Shown: positions 9,154-18,894 of the stretch, piece after piece
Position numbering within the stretch: the first letter of the stretch is position 1
How the letters are laid out: every line of letters starts with the position of its first letter
Source of the DNA: Helicobacteraceae bacterium
GTDB lineage: Bacteria; Campylobacterota; Campylobacteria; Campylobacterales; Helicobacteraceae
Reading direction: 5' to 3'
Assembly: GCA_050874285.1 (NCBI GenBank)
Contig: JBNMKJ010000002.1
Coordinates: 16,374 to 80,373 of the forward strand
DNA length: 64,000 nt
The notes under the pieces: model-generated
The model's database searches: none
What the model was told of the DNA's origin: nothing
What the model saw: the letters and a program-made list of their open reading frames with translations, nothing else
Translations under genes and position numbers: made by a program

Positions 9154-9609
9154 ATGGAAAATGTATTTGACAGAAAATCGCTTAGTATGACGATTTTGAT
9201 GACGCCTGAGCTATCGAACTTTAGCGGTGTGGTGCACGGAGGGCATATTATGCGAATGCTCGACCAAGTGGCTTATGCGTGTGCTACGCGCTACTGCGGG
9301 GTAGATGTCGTAACGGTGTATGTGGATAATATCAGCTTTAAGCACCCTATACCTATCGGCAATCTCGTAACATTCCTTGCGAGTGTTAATTACACGGGCA
9401 AAAGCTCTATGGAAGTGGGTATAAAGGTAATCGCGGAGGATATAAAAAACCGCACCGCCACGCACACAAATACGAGCTACTTTACAATGGTGGCTTTAGA
9501 CCCTGATGGAGTGCCGTTTGAAATAGAGCCATTAGTGCCAGAAACTGAGGAACAAAGGCGGAGGTATGAGGCAGCAGAGAAGCGCAAAAAGGCAAGAATG
9601 GGGAGGTAG
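9154..9609 (+). CDS. hotdog-fold acyl-CoA thioesterase (YciA-like)
   Basis: NFSGVVHGGHIMRMLDQVAY, SMEVGIKV, YFTMVALD. Confidence 0.9.
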   Translation: MENVFDRKSLSMTILMTPELSNFSGVVHGGHIMRMLDQVAYACATRYCGVDVVTVYVDNISFKHPIPIGNLVTFLASVNYTGKSSMEVGIKVIAEDIKNRTATHTNTSYFTMVALDPDGVPFEIEPLVPETEEQRRRYEAAEKRKKARMGR

Positions 9610-9739
9610 AGAGCGCTTTTTTTGAATGCGATTCGTGGTTGTGAAGTTTTTTGGTAATTATAAAATTGCCAAAAAACTTGCAATTTAATTTTATTTCGAT
9701 ATAATCGCGCTTTCAATTTCAATTTTTAAGGAGATTTTA

Positions 9740-10447
9740 ATGGCTTTGTATGATAGAAATTATACGCAAGATATTGGCATTGAGGCGGTGGCGGAAAATG
9801 CGCTTGTGCGCTTTGTGAAAGAGACTTATAAGTTTTTTGCGGCGAGTTTGCTTTTTGGCACGATTGGCGCGTATATCGCACTTCCTTTTGCGCCTATGAT
9901 AAGCGGTGGCGCGATGTTTGGCATTTTCGCAGTTGAAATCATCTCGCTAATCGCGCTTGTTTTCTTAAAAGAAAAACCTATCGTAAATATGATTTTGCTA
10001 TTTACCTTCACATTCCTTACAGGCGTGGCGTTAGTGCCACTTTTATACAGCGTCCTTGCGCTTCCTGCGGGTGTAAGCATAGTCGCACAGGCACTTTTAG
10101 GCACAACAATCGTATTTGGCATTATGTCGCTTTATGCTATCAAAACAAAGAGCGACCTTTCAAGCTGGGGGAAAATCCTATTTATCGCGCTTATCGGCAT
10201 TGTCGTGGCTAGTTTGATAAACCTAGTGGCTGGATATTTCTTTAATTTTCAAAACGCTGGGCTTGTAAGCGTGGTGATTTCTGGCATCGCAACGATTGTA
10301 TTTACGCTATATATCGCCTATGACACGCAAAATATCATTCGCGGACGCTATGATAGCCCGATAATGGCGGCAATCAGCCTATATTTAGATGTCTATAACC
10401 TCTTTGTGAGCCTACTAAACATACTTGGATACGCTAATAGAGACTGA
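9740..10447 (+). CDS. Bax inhibitor-1/YccA family membrane protein
   Basis: 7 TM segments, YIAYDTQNI, AAISLYLDVYNLFVSLL. Confidence 0.92.
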   Translation: MALYDRNYTQDIGIEAVAENALVRFVKETYKFFAASLLFGTIGAYIALPFAPMISGGAMFGIFAVEIISLIALVFLKEKPIVNMILLFTFTFLTGVALVPLLYSVLALPAGVSIVAQALLGTTIVFGIMSLYAIKTKSDLSSWGKILFIALIGIVVASLINLVAGYFFNFQNAGLVSVVISGIATIVFTLYIAYDTQNIIRGRYDSPIMAAISLYLDVYNLFVSLLNILGYANRD

Positions 10448-10970
10448 GAAACGCCTAATTGACGCAAATCTTAATCGCATACGCGAGGGGATTCGCGTCA
10501 TAGAGGACATTGCACGATATATTTTAAATGATTTATCTTTGGCTACAAGCCTAAAAACTCTGCGCCACAAAGCGCGAATCGGCGATTCCAAACTCTTAGA
10601 ATTGCTACTGCAACACCGCGACATAAAAAACGACATACTTAAAAAATCCACGCCTAGCGAAAATACACGCGCGAATCTGCGTGAAATCGCCATAGCAAAT
10701 TTTAAACGAAGTGAAGAATCTGCAAGGGTTTTGGAGGAAATATTTAAGCTAGATTCGATGAATGATTTGGCGGTGGATTCGGTGGATTTATGCGAATCTA
10801 GTGCGAATCTTAGTGAAACTAATGCGAATCGTGGCGCAGATTCGCGTGAATCTAGCGAATCTAGCGTGAGTGATAATTGTGGCACAATCGCCGAGACATT
10901 CAAAGCGATTCGCTATGAATTATATGACATTGAAATCGCGTATTTTAAGGCGTTAGATAAAATCATTTAG
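10425..10970 (+). CDS. ThiD2-like helical domain protein (stand-alone N-terminal domain of thiamine-phosphate synthase) with low-complexity insert
   Basis: RLIDANLNRIREGIRVIED, ANFKRSEESARVLEE, FKAIRYELYDIE; Ser/Asp/Glu-rich insert between the last two motifs. Confidence 0.75.
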   Translation: MDTLIETEKRLIDANLNRIREGIRVIEDIARYILNDLSLATSLKTLRHKARIGDSKLLELLLQHRDIKNDILKKSTPSENTRANLREIAIANFKRSEESARVLEEIFKLDSMNDLAVDSVDLCESSANLSETNANRGADSRESSESSVSDNCGTIAETFKAIRYELYDIEIAYFKALDKII

Positions 10971-11083
10971 CAGAATACATAATTACAATTTGTGTAAATC
11001 ATAATTGTGCAATTTTTTTTAATATTTTTTTAAAATTTTATGCTATCATTTCGCTTTTATTTTTAAAAATTTAGGAGATTTTC

Positions 11084-11497
11084 GTGGAAAGGACACTTTC
11101 GATTATCAAGCCAGATGCGGTGAAAAAAAACGCTATCGGCAAAATCATCGATAGATTCGAGAGTAATGGACTGAAAATCGCGGCGATGAGAAAGATTCAG
11201 CTTAGCGAGAAAAACGCCCAAGATTTTTATGCCATTCACAAAGAGCGACCATTTTTTAAAGATTTGGTTAGCTTTATGATAAGCGGACCTGTCGTGGTTA
11301 TGGTGCTAGAGGGCGAAAATGCCGTGAAAAAAAATCGTGAGCTTATGGGCGACACTGACCCTAAAAAGGCGGCGAAAGGCACGATTCGCGCGGATTTTGC
11401 GGAGAGCATTGACGCAAATGCGGTTCACGGTAGCGATAGCTTGGAAAATGCGAAAAATGAAATCGCCTTTTTCTTTTCGGCTACGCAAATAAGCTAA
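11084..11497 (+). CDS. ndk: nucleoside-diphosphate kinase
   Basis: [28 protein letters not shown]. Confidence 0.98.
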   Translation: MERTLSIIKPDAVKKNAIGKIIDRFESNGLKIAAMRKIQLSEKNAQDFYAIHKERPFFKDLVSFMISGPVVVMVLEGENAVKKNRELMGDTDPKKAAKGTIRADFAESIDANAVHGSDSLENAKNEIAFFFSATQIS

Positions 11498-11517
11498 AAT
11501 GCGGAAATTTTGGCGAT

Positions 11518-11946
11518 TTGAAAATCGAATTTAGAAAAATCGCGCTAGAGCCAAAAAACTTTGCCTTAAATCTAAAAGATAGCGATTTTGACATTCAAAT
11601 CAAAGGCAAAATTTTGCGGACAAGCGATGATTTGGTTAAAATCGATTCGCAAATGAGTGGCACGATACAGCTAGTTTGCGATAGAAGTGGCGAGGAATTT
11701 ATCAAGGATTTAGATTTGCATTTGGTTTTGTTTGCCAAAAATGGCAAATGGAGCGATACAAATCACAAATCGCACAAATCACGCTACGAATCGCTCGGAG
11801 ATTCGCTTATCGAATCAAACGATTTTAGCGAATCTGATGATGAAAATCTCGCGGTGATTGAGATTTTTGATAATTTTGTGGATTTGGATTCTATTTTTTT
11901 AGGCGAGATTGAATCCATAAGGCTTGATTATCACACGAAAGATTAA
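11518..11946 (+). CDS. YceD/DUF177-like protein upstream of rpmF
   Basis: Position directly before rpmF; LVCDRSGEEF motif; acidic low-complexity insert. Confidence 0.65.
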   Translation: MKIEFRKIALEPKNFALNLKDSDFDIQIKGKILRTSDDLVKIDSQMSGTIQLVCDRSGEEFIKDLDLHLVLFAKNGKWSDTNHKSHKSRYESLGDSLIESNDFSESDDENLAVIEIFDNFVDLDSIFLGEIESIRLDYHTKD

Positions 11947-11967
11947 CTTTAAATTAAGGAGGTTAAA

Positions 11968-12120
11968 ATGGCAGTTGTTCCAAAGAGACGCGTTAGCAAG
12001 ACTAGAGGTTTAAAGCGCAGGACGCATTATAAAGTGAAGCTACAAATGCCCGTGAAAGACAAAAACGGCAATTGGAAACTCCCGCACACAATCTGCAAAG
12101 AAACAGGCAACTACAAATAA
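11968..12120 (+). CDS. rpmF: 50S ribosomal protein L32 (not in ORF track)
   Basis: [50 protein letters not shown], 50 aa, aggagg Shine-Dalgarno. Confidence 0.93.
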   Translation: MAVVPKRRVSKTRGLKRRTHYKVKLQMPVKDKNGNWKLPHTICKETGNYK

Positions 12121-13097
12121 TGAAAATAGTGCTTGATGCAATGGGTGGCGATAATGGCGTAGAGCCGATTATCGCAGGGCTAAAGGCTGCGCTGAAAAAT
12201 CGCGATTTTAGTGCTATTGTTGTGGGGAATCGCAGTGAAATTGAGAAATATATCAGCGTGGATTCGTTTGGCGGACGCGTGGAGATTCATCATTGTGATG
12301 ATTTTATTAGAATGGAGGACAGCGCGACAAACGCCCTAAAGAAAAAGGACAGCTCGATTTACCAAGCAGTTGAGCTAGTGCTGGAGGGCAAAGGCGATGT
12401 GGTGATTTCTGCTGGGCATAGCGGGGCGAGTATGAGCCTTGCCACCTTGCGATTTGGTAGAATCGCTGGTGTGTCGCGTCCTGCGATTTGCACGACAATG
12501 CCACGAGTTGATGGCATTCCTAGTATTATCCTAGACGCTGGGGCGAATGTCGATTGCAAGGCGGAGCATTTGGTGCAGTTCGCACAAATGGGCTACGAAT
12601 ACGCAAAGTCCGTGCTAGGCTATGAAAATCCGCGCGTGGGGCTTTTGGCAAATGGCGAGGAAGATTCCAAAGGCAATGAGCTGACAAAAGATGCGTTTAA
12701 ATCGCTTAAAAATTTTCCTTATTTCAAGGGCAATGTCGAGGGCAACGACATTTTTAATGCGAGTGTCGATGTCATCGTATGCGATGGATTCGATGGAAAT
12801 CTCGTGCTAAAGGCAAGTGAGGGCGTGGCAGAAGCGATAAGCAAAATTTTAAAAGAAGAGATTAGCAAAAGTTTGAAAAACAAAATCGGCGCGTTGCTAC
12901 TAAAAAGCGTTTTTGCCACGCTTAAAAAACGCACACATTACGCAGAATATGGTGGTGCGCCTTTGCTTGGCGTAAATAAAAATCTCATCATTTGCCACGG
13001 CAAAAGCAACGCACGGGCGATTGAGTGCGCGATTTATCAAGGCATAAGCGCGATAGATTCGCGTGTGGTTGAAAAAATCGCACATATTTTTAAATAG
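12120..13097 (+). CDS. plsX: phosphate acyltransferase
   Basis: [46 protein letters not shown]; start placed at the TAATG overlap with rpmF. Confidence 0.96.
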   Translation: MKIVLDAMGGDNGVEPIIAGLKAALKNRDFSAIVVGNRSEIEKYISVDSFGGRVEIHHCDDFIRMEDSATNALKKKDSSIYQAVELVLEGKGDVVISAGHSGASMSLATLRFGRIAGVSRPAICTTMPRVDGIPSIILDAGANVDCKAEHLVQFAQMGYEYAKSVLGYENPRVGLLANGEEDSKGNELTKDAFKSLKNFPYFKGNVEGNDIFNASVDVIVCDGFDGNLVLKASEGVAEAISKILKEEISKSLKNKIGALLLKSVFATLKKRTHYAEYGGAPLLGVNKNLIICHGKSNARAIECAIYQGISAIDSRVVEKIAHIFK

Positions 13098-13105
13098 GAT
13101 TTTAA

Positions 13106-14074
13106 ATGAGTGCGCCAAGCCCCAGAATATTTGCCTCGCTAAAGTCCATAGCGTCCTTTGTGCCAAGCCGAAGCGTGAGTAACGCGGAGTTTGAAAAGAC
13201 GCTAGATACAAGCGATGAGTGGATTACCAAGCGCACGGGCATAAAAAGCAGATTTTTCGCTGATAAATCCCAAAGCACGAGCGATATGGGCTACGAAGCT
13301 GCCAAAATCGCCTTGCAACGCGCGAATCTAAAAGCAGATGACATTGATATGCTAATTTGCGCGACTTTATCGCCAGATTATCTTTGTATGCCCTCCACTG
13401 CGACAATTATTTCACATAAGCTAGGCATTGAAAATAAACCCGCATTTGACATTTCTGCGGCGTGTAGCGGATTTATCTACTTGCTATCGATTGCAAAGGC
13501 GTATATCGAAAGTGGCGCGTATAAAAATATTTTGCTTGTGGGCGCGGAAAAAACAAGCTCGGTGCTTGATTTTAGCGATAGAAGCACCTGCATTTTATTT
13601 GGCGATGGCGCAGGTGCGGCTGTGGTTGGGCAGACGGATAATATCAAAAAATCTATTTTGGATATTTCCATAAGTGCCAATGGCAAATACGCGCATTTGC
13701 TCTGCACACCGCGCGATTCGACGATTCAAATGAAAGGCAACGAAGTCTTTAAACTCGCTGTAAAGACGCTTGTAAGCGATGTGAGCGAGATTTTACACAA
13801 AAATAATATGAGCGCGGAGGATATTGACTTTTTTATTCCCCACCAAGCAAACTTGCGGATTATCAACGCGGTGGGCGAGACACTTAAAATGGATTCGCGT
13901 AAAATCGTGCTGACCGTGCAAAAATACGGCAATACTTCAGCGGCGAGTATTCCTATGGCAATCGATGAGATTTATAATGATGGGCGGTTGAAAAATGGCG
14001 ATTTGTTGCTTTTGGACGCGTTTGGGGGAGGGCTGACTTGGGGGTCAAGTTTGGTTTATTTTAACGGAGAATAG
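13106..14074 (+). CDS. fabH: beta-ketoacyl-ACP synthase III
   Basis: [37 protein letters not shown]. Confidence 0.97.
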   Translation: MSAPSPRIFASLKSIASFVPSRSVSNAEFEKTLDTSDEWITKRTGIKSRFFADKSQSTSDMGYEAAKIALQRANLKADDIDMLICATLSPDYLCMPSTATIISHKLGIENKPAFDISAACSGFIYLLSIAKAYIESGAYKNILLVGAEKTSSVLDFSDRSTCILFGDGAGAAVVGQTDNIKKSILDISISANGKYAHLLCTPRDSTIQMKGNEVFKLAVKTLVSDVSEILHKNNMSAEDIDFFIPHQANLRIINAVGETLKMDSRKIVLTVQKYGNTSAASIPMAIDEIYNDGRLKNGDLLLLDAFGGGLTWGSSLVYFNGE

Positions 14075-14081
14075 CGGTTTG

Positions 14082-14231
14082 CAATTTGTTCTGGGGTAAT
14101 CATTTGCGTTATTTCGGCGACAAAATTTCGCTCAATGAACGCCAAGTTCTATTTCGCTCATTTCGCGCCAAAATAACGCAAAGCACTACCGCCATTACTT
14201 CGATTGTCGTAGCTTTTGCCACGAATCTAAA
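14082..14231. repeat. 150-nt structured repeat element, copy 1
   Basis: Shares its first 27 nt and a 34-nt block exactly with 25921-26070; inner helices covary. Confidence 0.85.
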
Positions 14232-14235
14232 AAAA

Positions 14236-14332
14236 TGTCATTGCGAGATTCGGCAACGCCAAATCGAAGCAATCCAAAAAAATAAAAAAATAGATTGCCA
14301 CGATTTTGCTAATGTAAAATCTCGCAATGACG
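14236..14332. repeat. CGTC-type palindromic repeat doublet (inverted pair)
   Basis: tgtcattgcgag..gaagcaatcc followed by agattgccacg..ctcgcaatgacg. Confidence 0.85.
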
Positions 14333-14443
14333 GCGTGGGACGAATCTTTGCAAAAGTTTTGCTTCGTTTGGCTTTTGCCAAAAGTAGAGTATCATCTATT
14401 TCGCTATCGTGGGGGCGAATCAAATCGCAAATAAAGGAAATTT

Positions 14444-15001
14444 ATGGGAATCTTAAGTGTTATTTTATTGTCGTGTGCCTTAGCGGCGGACGCCTTTGCC
14501 GTGAGCCTTTGCAAGGGCTTTAGCGTGAAAAAAGTAGAGGTGCGCCACTGCGTAATCGTGGGGCTATATTTTGGCGGATTTCAGGCGTTAATGCCACTTT
14601 TGGGCTATTTCTTAGGCGTGGCTATCGGCTCATTTATTGCAACGATTGACCACTTCATCGCATTTGGCTTACTCGCGCTAATCGGGGCAAAAATGATTTA
14701 CGAATCCTTCTCACCGCAAACCTGCGAGGAAAACAGCGCGGAGTTTGGCTACCGCGCAATGCTTCCACTCGCCCTAGCCACGAGCATTGACGCTTTGGCG
14801 GTGGGCGTGAGCCTAGCTATCGAGGGTAGCAACATAGTGCTATGTGCCACGATTATCGGCGTCATCACGGCTTTGCTCTCAATCATCGCGCTAAAAATCG
14901 GCAATCGATTCGGACTATTTTTAGGCAACAAAGCCTCGCTACTAGGCGGGATAATCCTAATCGCACTGGGCGTAAAAATCTTGTGGGAACATTTGGGATA
15001 A
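14444..15001 (+). CDS. mntP: manganese efflux pump MntP family
   Basis: [32 protein letters not shown]; 6 TM segments. Confidence 0.9.
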   Translation: MGILSVILLSCALAADAFAVSLCKGFSVKKVEVRHCVIVGLYFGGFQALMPLLGYFLGVAIGSFIATIDHFIAFGLLALIGAKMIYESFSPQTCEENSAEFGYRAMLPLALATSIDALAVGVSLAIEGSNIVLCATIIGVITALLSIIALKIGNRFGLFLGNKASLLGGIILIALGVKILWEHLG

Positions 15002-15052
15002 ATTTATGCTAAAATTGCGCTTTTTAAATTTTAATCACAAAGGACAAATTCG

Positions 15053-15673
15053 ATGAAAAATCTAAGTGAAATCTTTAAGTTGCCCAAATGGGCGAAAATA
15101 TCTTTGGTGGCGTTAAGCGCAATCGCTTTTTCGCTTTTGGTGGCGGTGTTTGCTTTGCAAAGCTGGGCAGATTCGCAAGTCGAATCTGCGAATCTAACAT
15201 TTAGCAAAATAGATAGAGCAAAAAGCGCGGAGTTAGAAAATGGCTACGCTTATGAAGCAAAAGTGCATTTTCAAAGATTAGAATTTTTGCTCCGCTCAAA
15301 GTCTATCTCAAAAATCAACATAACAAATATTGCGTGGAGTGGCGTAGATTCAAGCGCAATTACTAGCTACGAATCCCACAATAATCGCCGAGTGAAATTC
15401 ACTACCACGCAAAATCTAGCCTTAGATTCAGGCGCGAATCTAGGCACTATGAGCTATAAAATAGATTTTAGTCCGTGTGCAAATGCGATTTTGTTTTATT
15501 ATATTAGCATTGTTTTTGCGGTGATTTTTGCTTATTTTGTTTTGGCAATTAGCGGAATCTCTATGCAACAAAAAGCAGAGGCGTCTTTAGGGGGGGGGGG
15601 AATTGCACTCTCAATCGCACCTCAATGCAAATCGCCCTCTTTGCTTCGCTCTACCTACTATTTTTCACGCTAA
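15053..15673 (+). CDS. membrane protein, N-terminal part of a G-tract-split gene
   Basis: TM-periplasmic domain-TM, then SLGGGGI and an unrelated frameshifted tail. Confidence 0.65.
   Translation: MKNLSEIFKLPKWAKISLVALSAIAFSLLVAVFALQSWADSQVESANLTFSKIDRAKSAELENGYAYEAKVHFQRLEFLLRSKSISKINITNIAWSGVDSSAITSYESHNNRRVKFTTTQNLALDSGANLGTMSYKIDFSPCANAILFYYISIVFAVIFAYFVLAISGISMQQKAEASLGGGGIALSIAPQCKSPSLLRSTYYFSR
15590..15600 (+). repeat. G11 phase-variation tract
   Basis: tcttta-GGGGGGGGGGG-aattgc; G9 or G12 fuses 15053 and 15625 into one frame. Confidence 0.9.
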
Positions 15674-17145
15674 ATTTTATCTTTCCCACGCAAAGCGATA
15701 ATTTAGGTAAAGGATTCGGCGGATTAAGCACGGCATATAGCTTTTATATGACTTGGAATGGGCGTCTAGGCGAACTTTTTTGCGTTGCTATTGGCTCACA
15801 TATCGCGCACACGCCACTTTATCCATTTATAAGCGCACTTTTTGGCGTGGCATTTATATATCTCTTTTTTATTTTGATTTTCGCAAGGTTGCCGTTTATG
15901 GGCGATTGCACTAGCGATTCGCGCGTGGATTCGCATAGCCACGATATATCCGTCATTTGCTTTATTTTGATTTGCCTTTTTGCGTTTAAGGGCTTTGGCT
16001 CGGTGTTTTATTGGGCGTGTGGAAGTTTTAACTACCTTTGGGCTTGGGTGCTTATAATGGCGTGGTGTGTGCCTTTTAGGCTATTTTGGGGCGAAATTTT
16101 TGCAAAAGATTCGGGCAATTTAGGCGAATCAAAAACGGATTCAAGCAAATCAAACACAAAATCGCATATTTTCTCTATGCTATTTTTGGGGCTAATCGCT
16201 GGGTGGGGAAGCGAATTTGGCATCGTGCTAATCGTTTTCCAAGTCGCGTTGATTGCCTTTGCGTTGCAAAAGCGCGTCAAATTGCCATTGTGGTATTATG
16301 TCGGCGTGGTAGGATTTATCGCGGGGTGGCTTATCTTATATCTGTCGCCCGGACACGCCGCGCGTGGCAATATCGTAAATGCCCTAAATAACGACACTAG
16401 CTTTGTAACTATATGCGAATTACTCGCAATGCCTTTGGCGGATATTTTCAAGCGATTTGCTGGGACTTTTAGCAAAGACCCAATGGGGCTAACTTGGATT
16501 GCTGTGGTGGGGCTTTTGGCGTTTTTGCGATTTGGGCTAAATATGCGAAAACGCAACATTGCAATTGTGGGAATCGTGCTATTAGTCGCCTACGCCGTGC
16601 CGATTACAAAATTTATCTTTGTGATTTTGTTGGGAATATTATGTCTTTGGGGCGGATTCGCACTACAACGCGCAAATCCCAAAAGCGCGAATCGCACATA
16701 TCTATTTGCGCTATTTGGGCTATTTGTGGCGTATTTTTTGGCAACCGCAGCCACGATTCAAGTAGGCGTCCCCGCAAGGGCAAAACTGCCATATCTACTA
16801 CTAGGAATGGCGCAAGTCATCATCGTGTGGCTGTTGCTAAAGCCGTATTTGGCGCGATTTGCCCAAACGATATGCGCGGGGCTATGTGCAATATGTGCGA
16901 TTTACGCGCTATTTGTGGTAAGTGAGGGCATAACTATGCGCCTAAAATGGGAGCGAATGTTAGCCTCCATAGAAGCGCAAAAGGCGTTAGGAAGCGACAC
17001 TGCCATAGTGAGCGCGGATACATTTCGCTCAAATTATCGTGGTTACGGCGATTGGGGCAATCCTAGCCAAAGCACAAACGAGTGGCCCAATACCACTTAC
17101 GCAAAAGTCTTTGGCGTGGAAAAGTTTATCGTAAAGGACAAATAG
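15625..17145 (+). CDS. DUF6056-like polytopic membrane protein (putative lipid-carrier-dependent glycosyltransferase)
   Basis: FPTQSDN...YMTWNGRLGELF, FYWACGSFNYLW, YLSPGHAARG; about 12 TM segments plus a periplasmic C-terminus. Confidence 0.65.
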   Translation: MQIALFASLYLLFFTLNFIFPTQSDNLGKGFGGLSTAYSFYMTWNGRLGELFCVAIGSHIAHTPLYPFISALFGVAFIYLFFILIFARLPFMGDCTSDSRVDSHSHDISVICFILICLFAFKGFGSVFYWACGSFNYLWAWVLIMAWCVPFRLFWGEIFAKDSGNLGESKTDSSKSNTKSHIFSMLFLGLIAGWGSEFGIVLIVFQVALIAFALQKRVKLPLWYYVGVVGFIAGWLILYLSPGHAARGNIVNALNNDTSFVTICELLAMPLADIFKRFAGTFSKDPMGLTWIAVVGLLAFLRFGLNMRKRNIAIVGIVLLVAYAVPITKFIFVILLGILCLWGGFALQRANPKSANRTYLFALFGLFVAYFLATAATIQVGVPARAKLPYLLLGMAQVIIVWLLLKPYLARFAQTICAGLCAICAIYALFVVSEGITMRLKWERMLASIEAQKALGSDTAIVSADTFRSNYRGYGDWGNPSQSTNEWPNTTYAKVFGVEKFIVKDK

Positions 17146-17264
17146 CGATTCGCCAAAAGTTGCCGAATCTACCGCGATTCGCGCTTAAAATTAACCCTAC
17201 AAAATGGAATCATTCTTGCTTATGTAGAAAAAGCAAAATTCCGCATTTTTAAGGACGGCGTATT

Positions 17265-18056
17265 GTGAGAGTTGAGGCATTTAGTCGATTCGTGCAAATA
17301 AGCATTGAGGAGTATAATCCAGCGTTAGAGCGCGTTATAAGCTATGCAAAGAAGCATTTTCAGCAGATTTCGCATCTCTCTAGCTCGATTTTGATTTTAG
17401 ATGATGGGGCGCGGTTTAAGAAGGATTATTTCATCACTTGGGTTTATCATCTATCCACGCAAGGGGCTTGTGATGAGATTGGCGCGGATTTAGACCCGAT
17501 TTTGGAGATGAGTTATTTGCCGATTCGCATTAAGATTTTATCGACAAATGCCCTTGTGGAGTGCGTCCGCATATCGTTTCGCATTTTAGGGACGAATCGC
17601 GCCGTGCTAATTTTAGATAGACCAAATCACATTGCAAAGCGATACATTGGCGCGATTCTCTCGCACTTAGTGGTTAGTAGCGATTTGAATCACATTTATT
17701 TGGATATGCAAAATAGCGCGTTTTGGAGCTCGATTATGGATATAATCGGTAGCAAAATTATCCACAATGTCCGAATCGAGTTTGATTATGAGAGCTTTAA
17801 GCCAAACTCCAAAAAATATCCATCATATCTCACAAAGGCAGAGCGCAATCTTAAAAACGCCTACCACACTTTGGGCTGCGATGAGCAAATGAGCTTTTTT
17901 GAGATTCGCGGCAAATATTTGGAGCTAATCAAGCAATATCACCCCGACAAAGTTTTTGGCAAAGATGAAAAAATCGTGCAATCTTACAATATAAAATTTA
18001 TCGAATTGAAAGAAGCGTTCGATATTGTAAAGCGAAGTTTTGAAATTGCAAGTTAA
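17265..18056 (+). CDS. C-terminal J-domain (DnaJ-like) protein
   Basis: AYHTLGC...YLELIKQYHPDKV...FIELKEAFD with HPD motif. Confidence 0.8.
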   Translation: MRVEAFSRFVQISIEEYNPALERVISYAKKHFQQISHLSSSILILDDGARFKKDYFITWVYHLSTQGACDEIGADLDPILEMSYLPIRIKILSTNALVECVRISFRILGTNRAVLILDRPNHIAKRYIGAILSHLVVSSDLNHIYLDMQNSAFWSSIMDIIGSKIIHNVRIEFDYESFKPNSKKYPSYLTKAERNLKNAYHTLGCDEQMSFFEIRGKYLELIKQYHPDKVFGKDEKIVQSYNIKFIELKEAFDIVKRSFEIAS

Positions 18057-18099
18057 TGGGCGATTTTGAAATTATTATTTAAATTGCAAGGAGCATAAA

Positions 18100-18876
18100 A
18101 TGGGATTATTTAGTAGTTCCGAAGAAAATGAGGACAATAAAAAAGCAACGCTCGTGCTAGGGCTAATCGCCATAATGGTGATTATTTTGGGGATTGTTAC
18201 ATATCTATTTTTCTATAATCAGCAAGGCGTGGCGTATGAAAACGAAGCACCTATGGATTTCGCGCAACCAGCGATTGCACCAGCAGTAGATTCGGGCGAT
18301 TCGAGTGCTATGGATTCGCTTAGCACAGATTCGCAACCCATCGCAGAGGCTACGCCAAGTGCGCCTGTGGTGGATTCAACGCCTGAGCCTGTGGCACAAC
18401 CCGCACCGACTCCAGCACCAGAGCCTATCGCGCAACCCGCACCTATGGCACAGCCCACACCAGCACCACAAGCTAAGCCTGTGGCGACAACTGCGCCAAA
18501 GGCAAAATCCACTATCGCAAGTCTAAAATACACCATTAAGCCCAATAACGCAGATATTTATGAATGCGTAAATATGCGCAATGGGCGGTGGATTATGCCT
18601 AAAAAATGCGAAGAGGATATTTTAAACGCGGTGCAAAGGCTTATTGACGCTAATAATGAGCTAATCGCCATAGAAGTTAGCGGGATTGTCGATGGCAATC
18701 CGTATTCGGGTCCCAGTGCAGAGTTAAAGCAAGAGGGCTTAGCGTCTTTTCGCGCTAGAGAGGGAATCATATCCATTATGAAAGGATATTCAAATGTCGC
18801 GGCGTTTGAAGGTCCAAGTCAGCAAGTGCGAGGAAAAAGAGGATTCCAAGTTAAAGCCTACTATCTCGCAAAATAG
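18100..18876 (+). CDS. membrane-anchored protein with Pro/Ala linker and a degenerate OmpA-like C-terminal domain
   Basis: One TM segment, PAPTPAPEPIAQPAP repeats, C-terminal IEVSGIVD...GLASFRA resembling a peptidoglycan-binding fold. Confidence 0.5.
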   Translation: MGLFSSSEENEDNKKATLVLGLIAIMVIILGIVTYLFFYNQQGVAYENEAPMDFAQPAIAPAVDSGDSSAMDSLSTDSQPIAEATPSAPVVDSTPEPVAQPAPTPAPEPIAQPAPMAQPTPAPQAKPVATTAPKAKSTIASLKYTIKPNNADIYECVNMRNGRWIMPKKCEEDILNAVQRLIDANNELIAIEVSGIVDGNPYSGPSAELKQEGLASFRAREGIISIMKGYSNVAAFEGPSQQVRGKRGFQVKAYYLAK

Positions 18877-18894
18877 CCGTTTAAGGGCGCATTT

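Noticed and set aside
11122-11130. A-run in ndk as a phase-variation tract
   Set aside because: A short A run encoding Lys-Lys-Asn in a conserved housekeeping motif is expected in AT-rich DNA
14082-14440. yybP-ykoY manganese riboswitch upstream of mntP
   Set aside because: I could not match the riboswitch consensus, and the structured element recurs at 25921 next to unrelated genes; an Rfam search would settle it
14086-14523. 145-aa ORF in the fabH-mntP gap
   Set aside because: It translates repeat DNA, the frame is not conserved in the second copy, and it overlaps mntP
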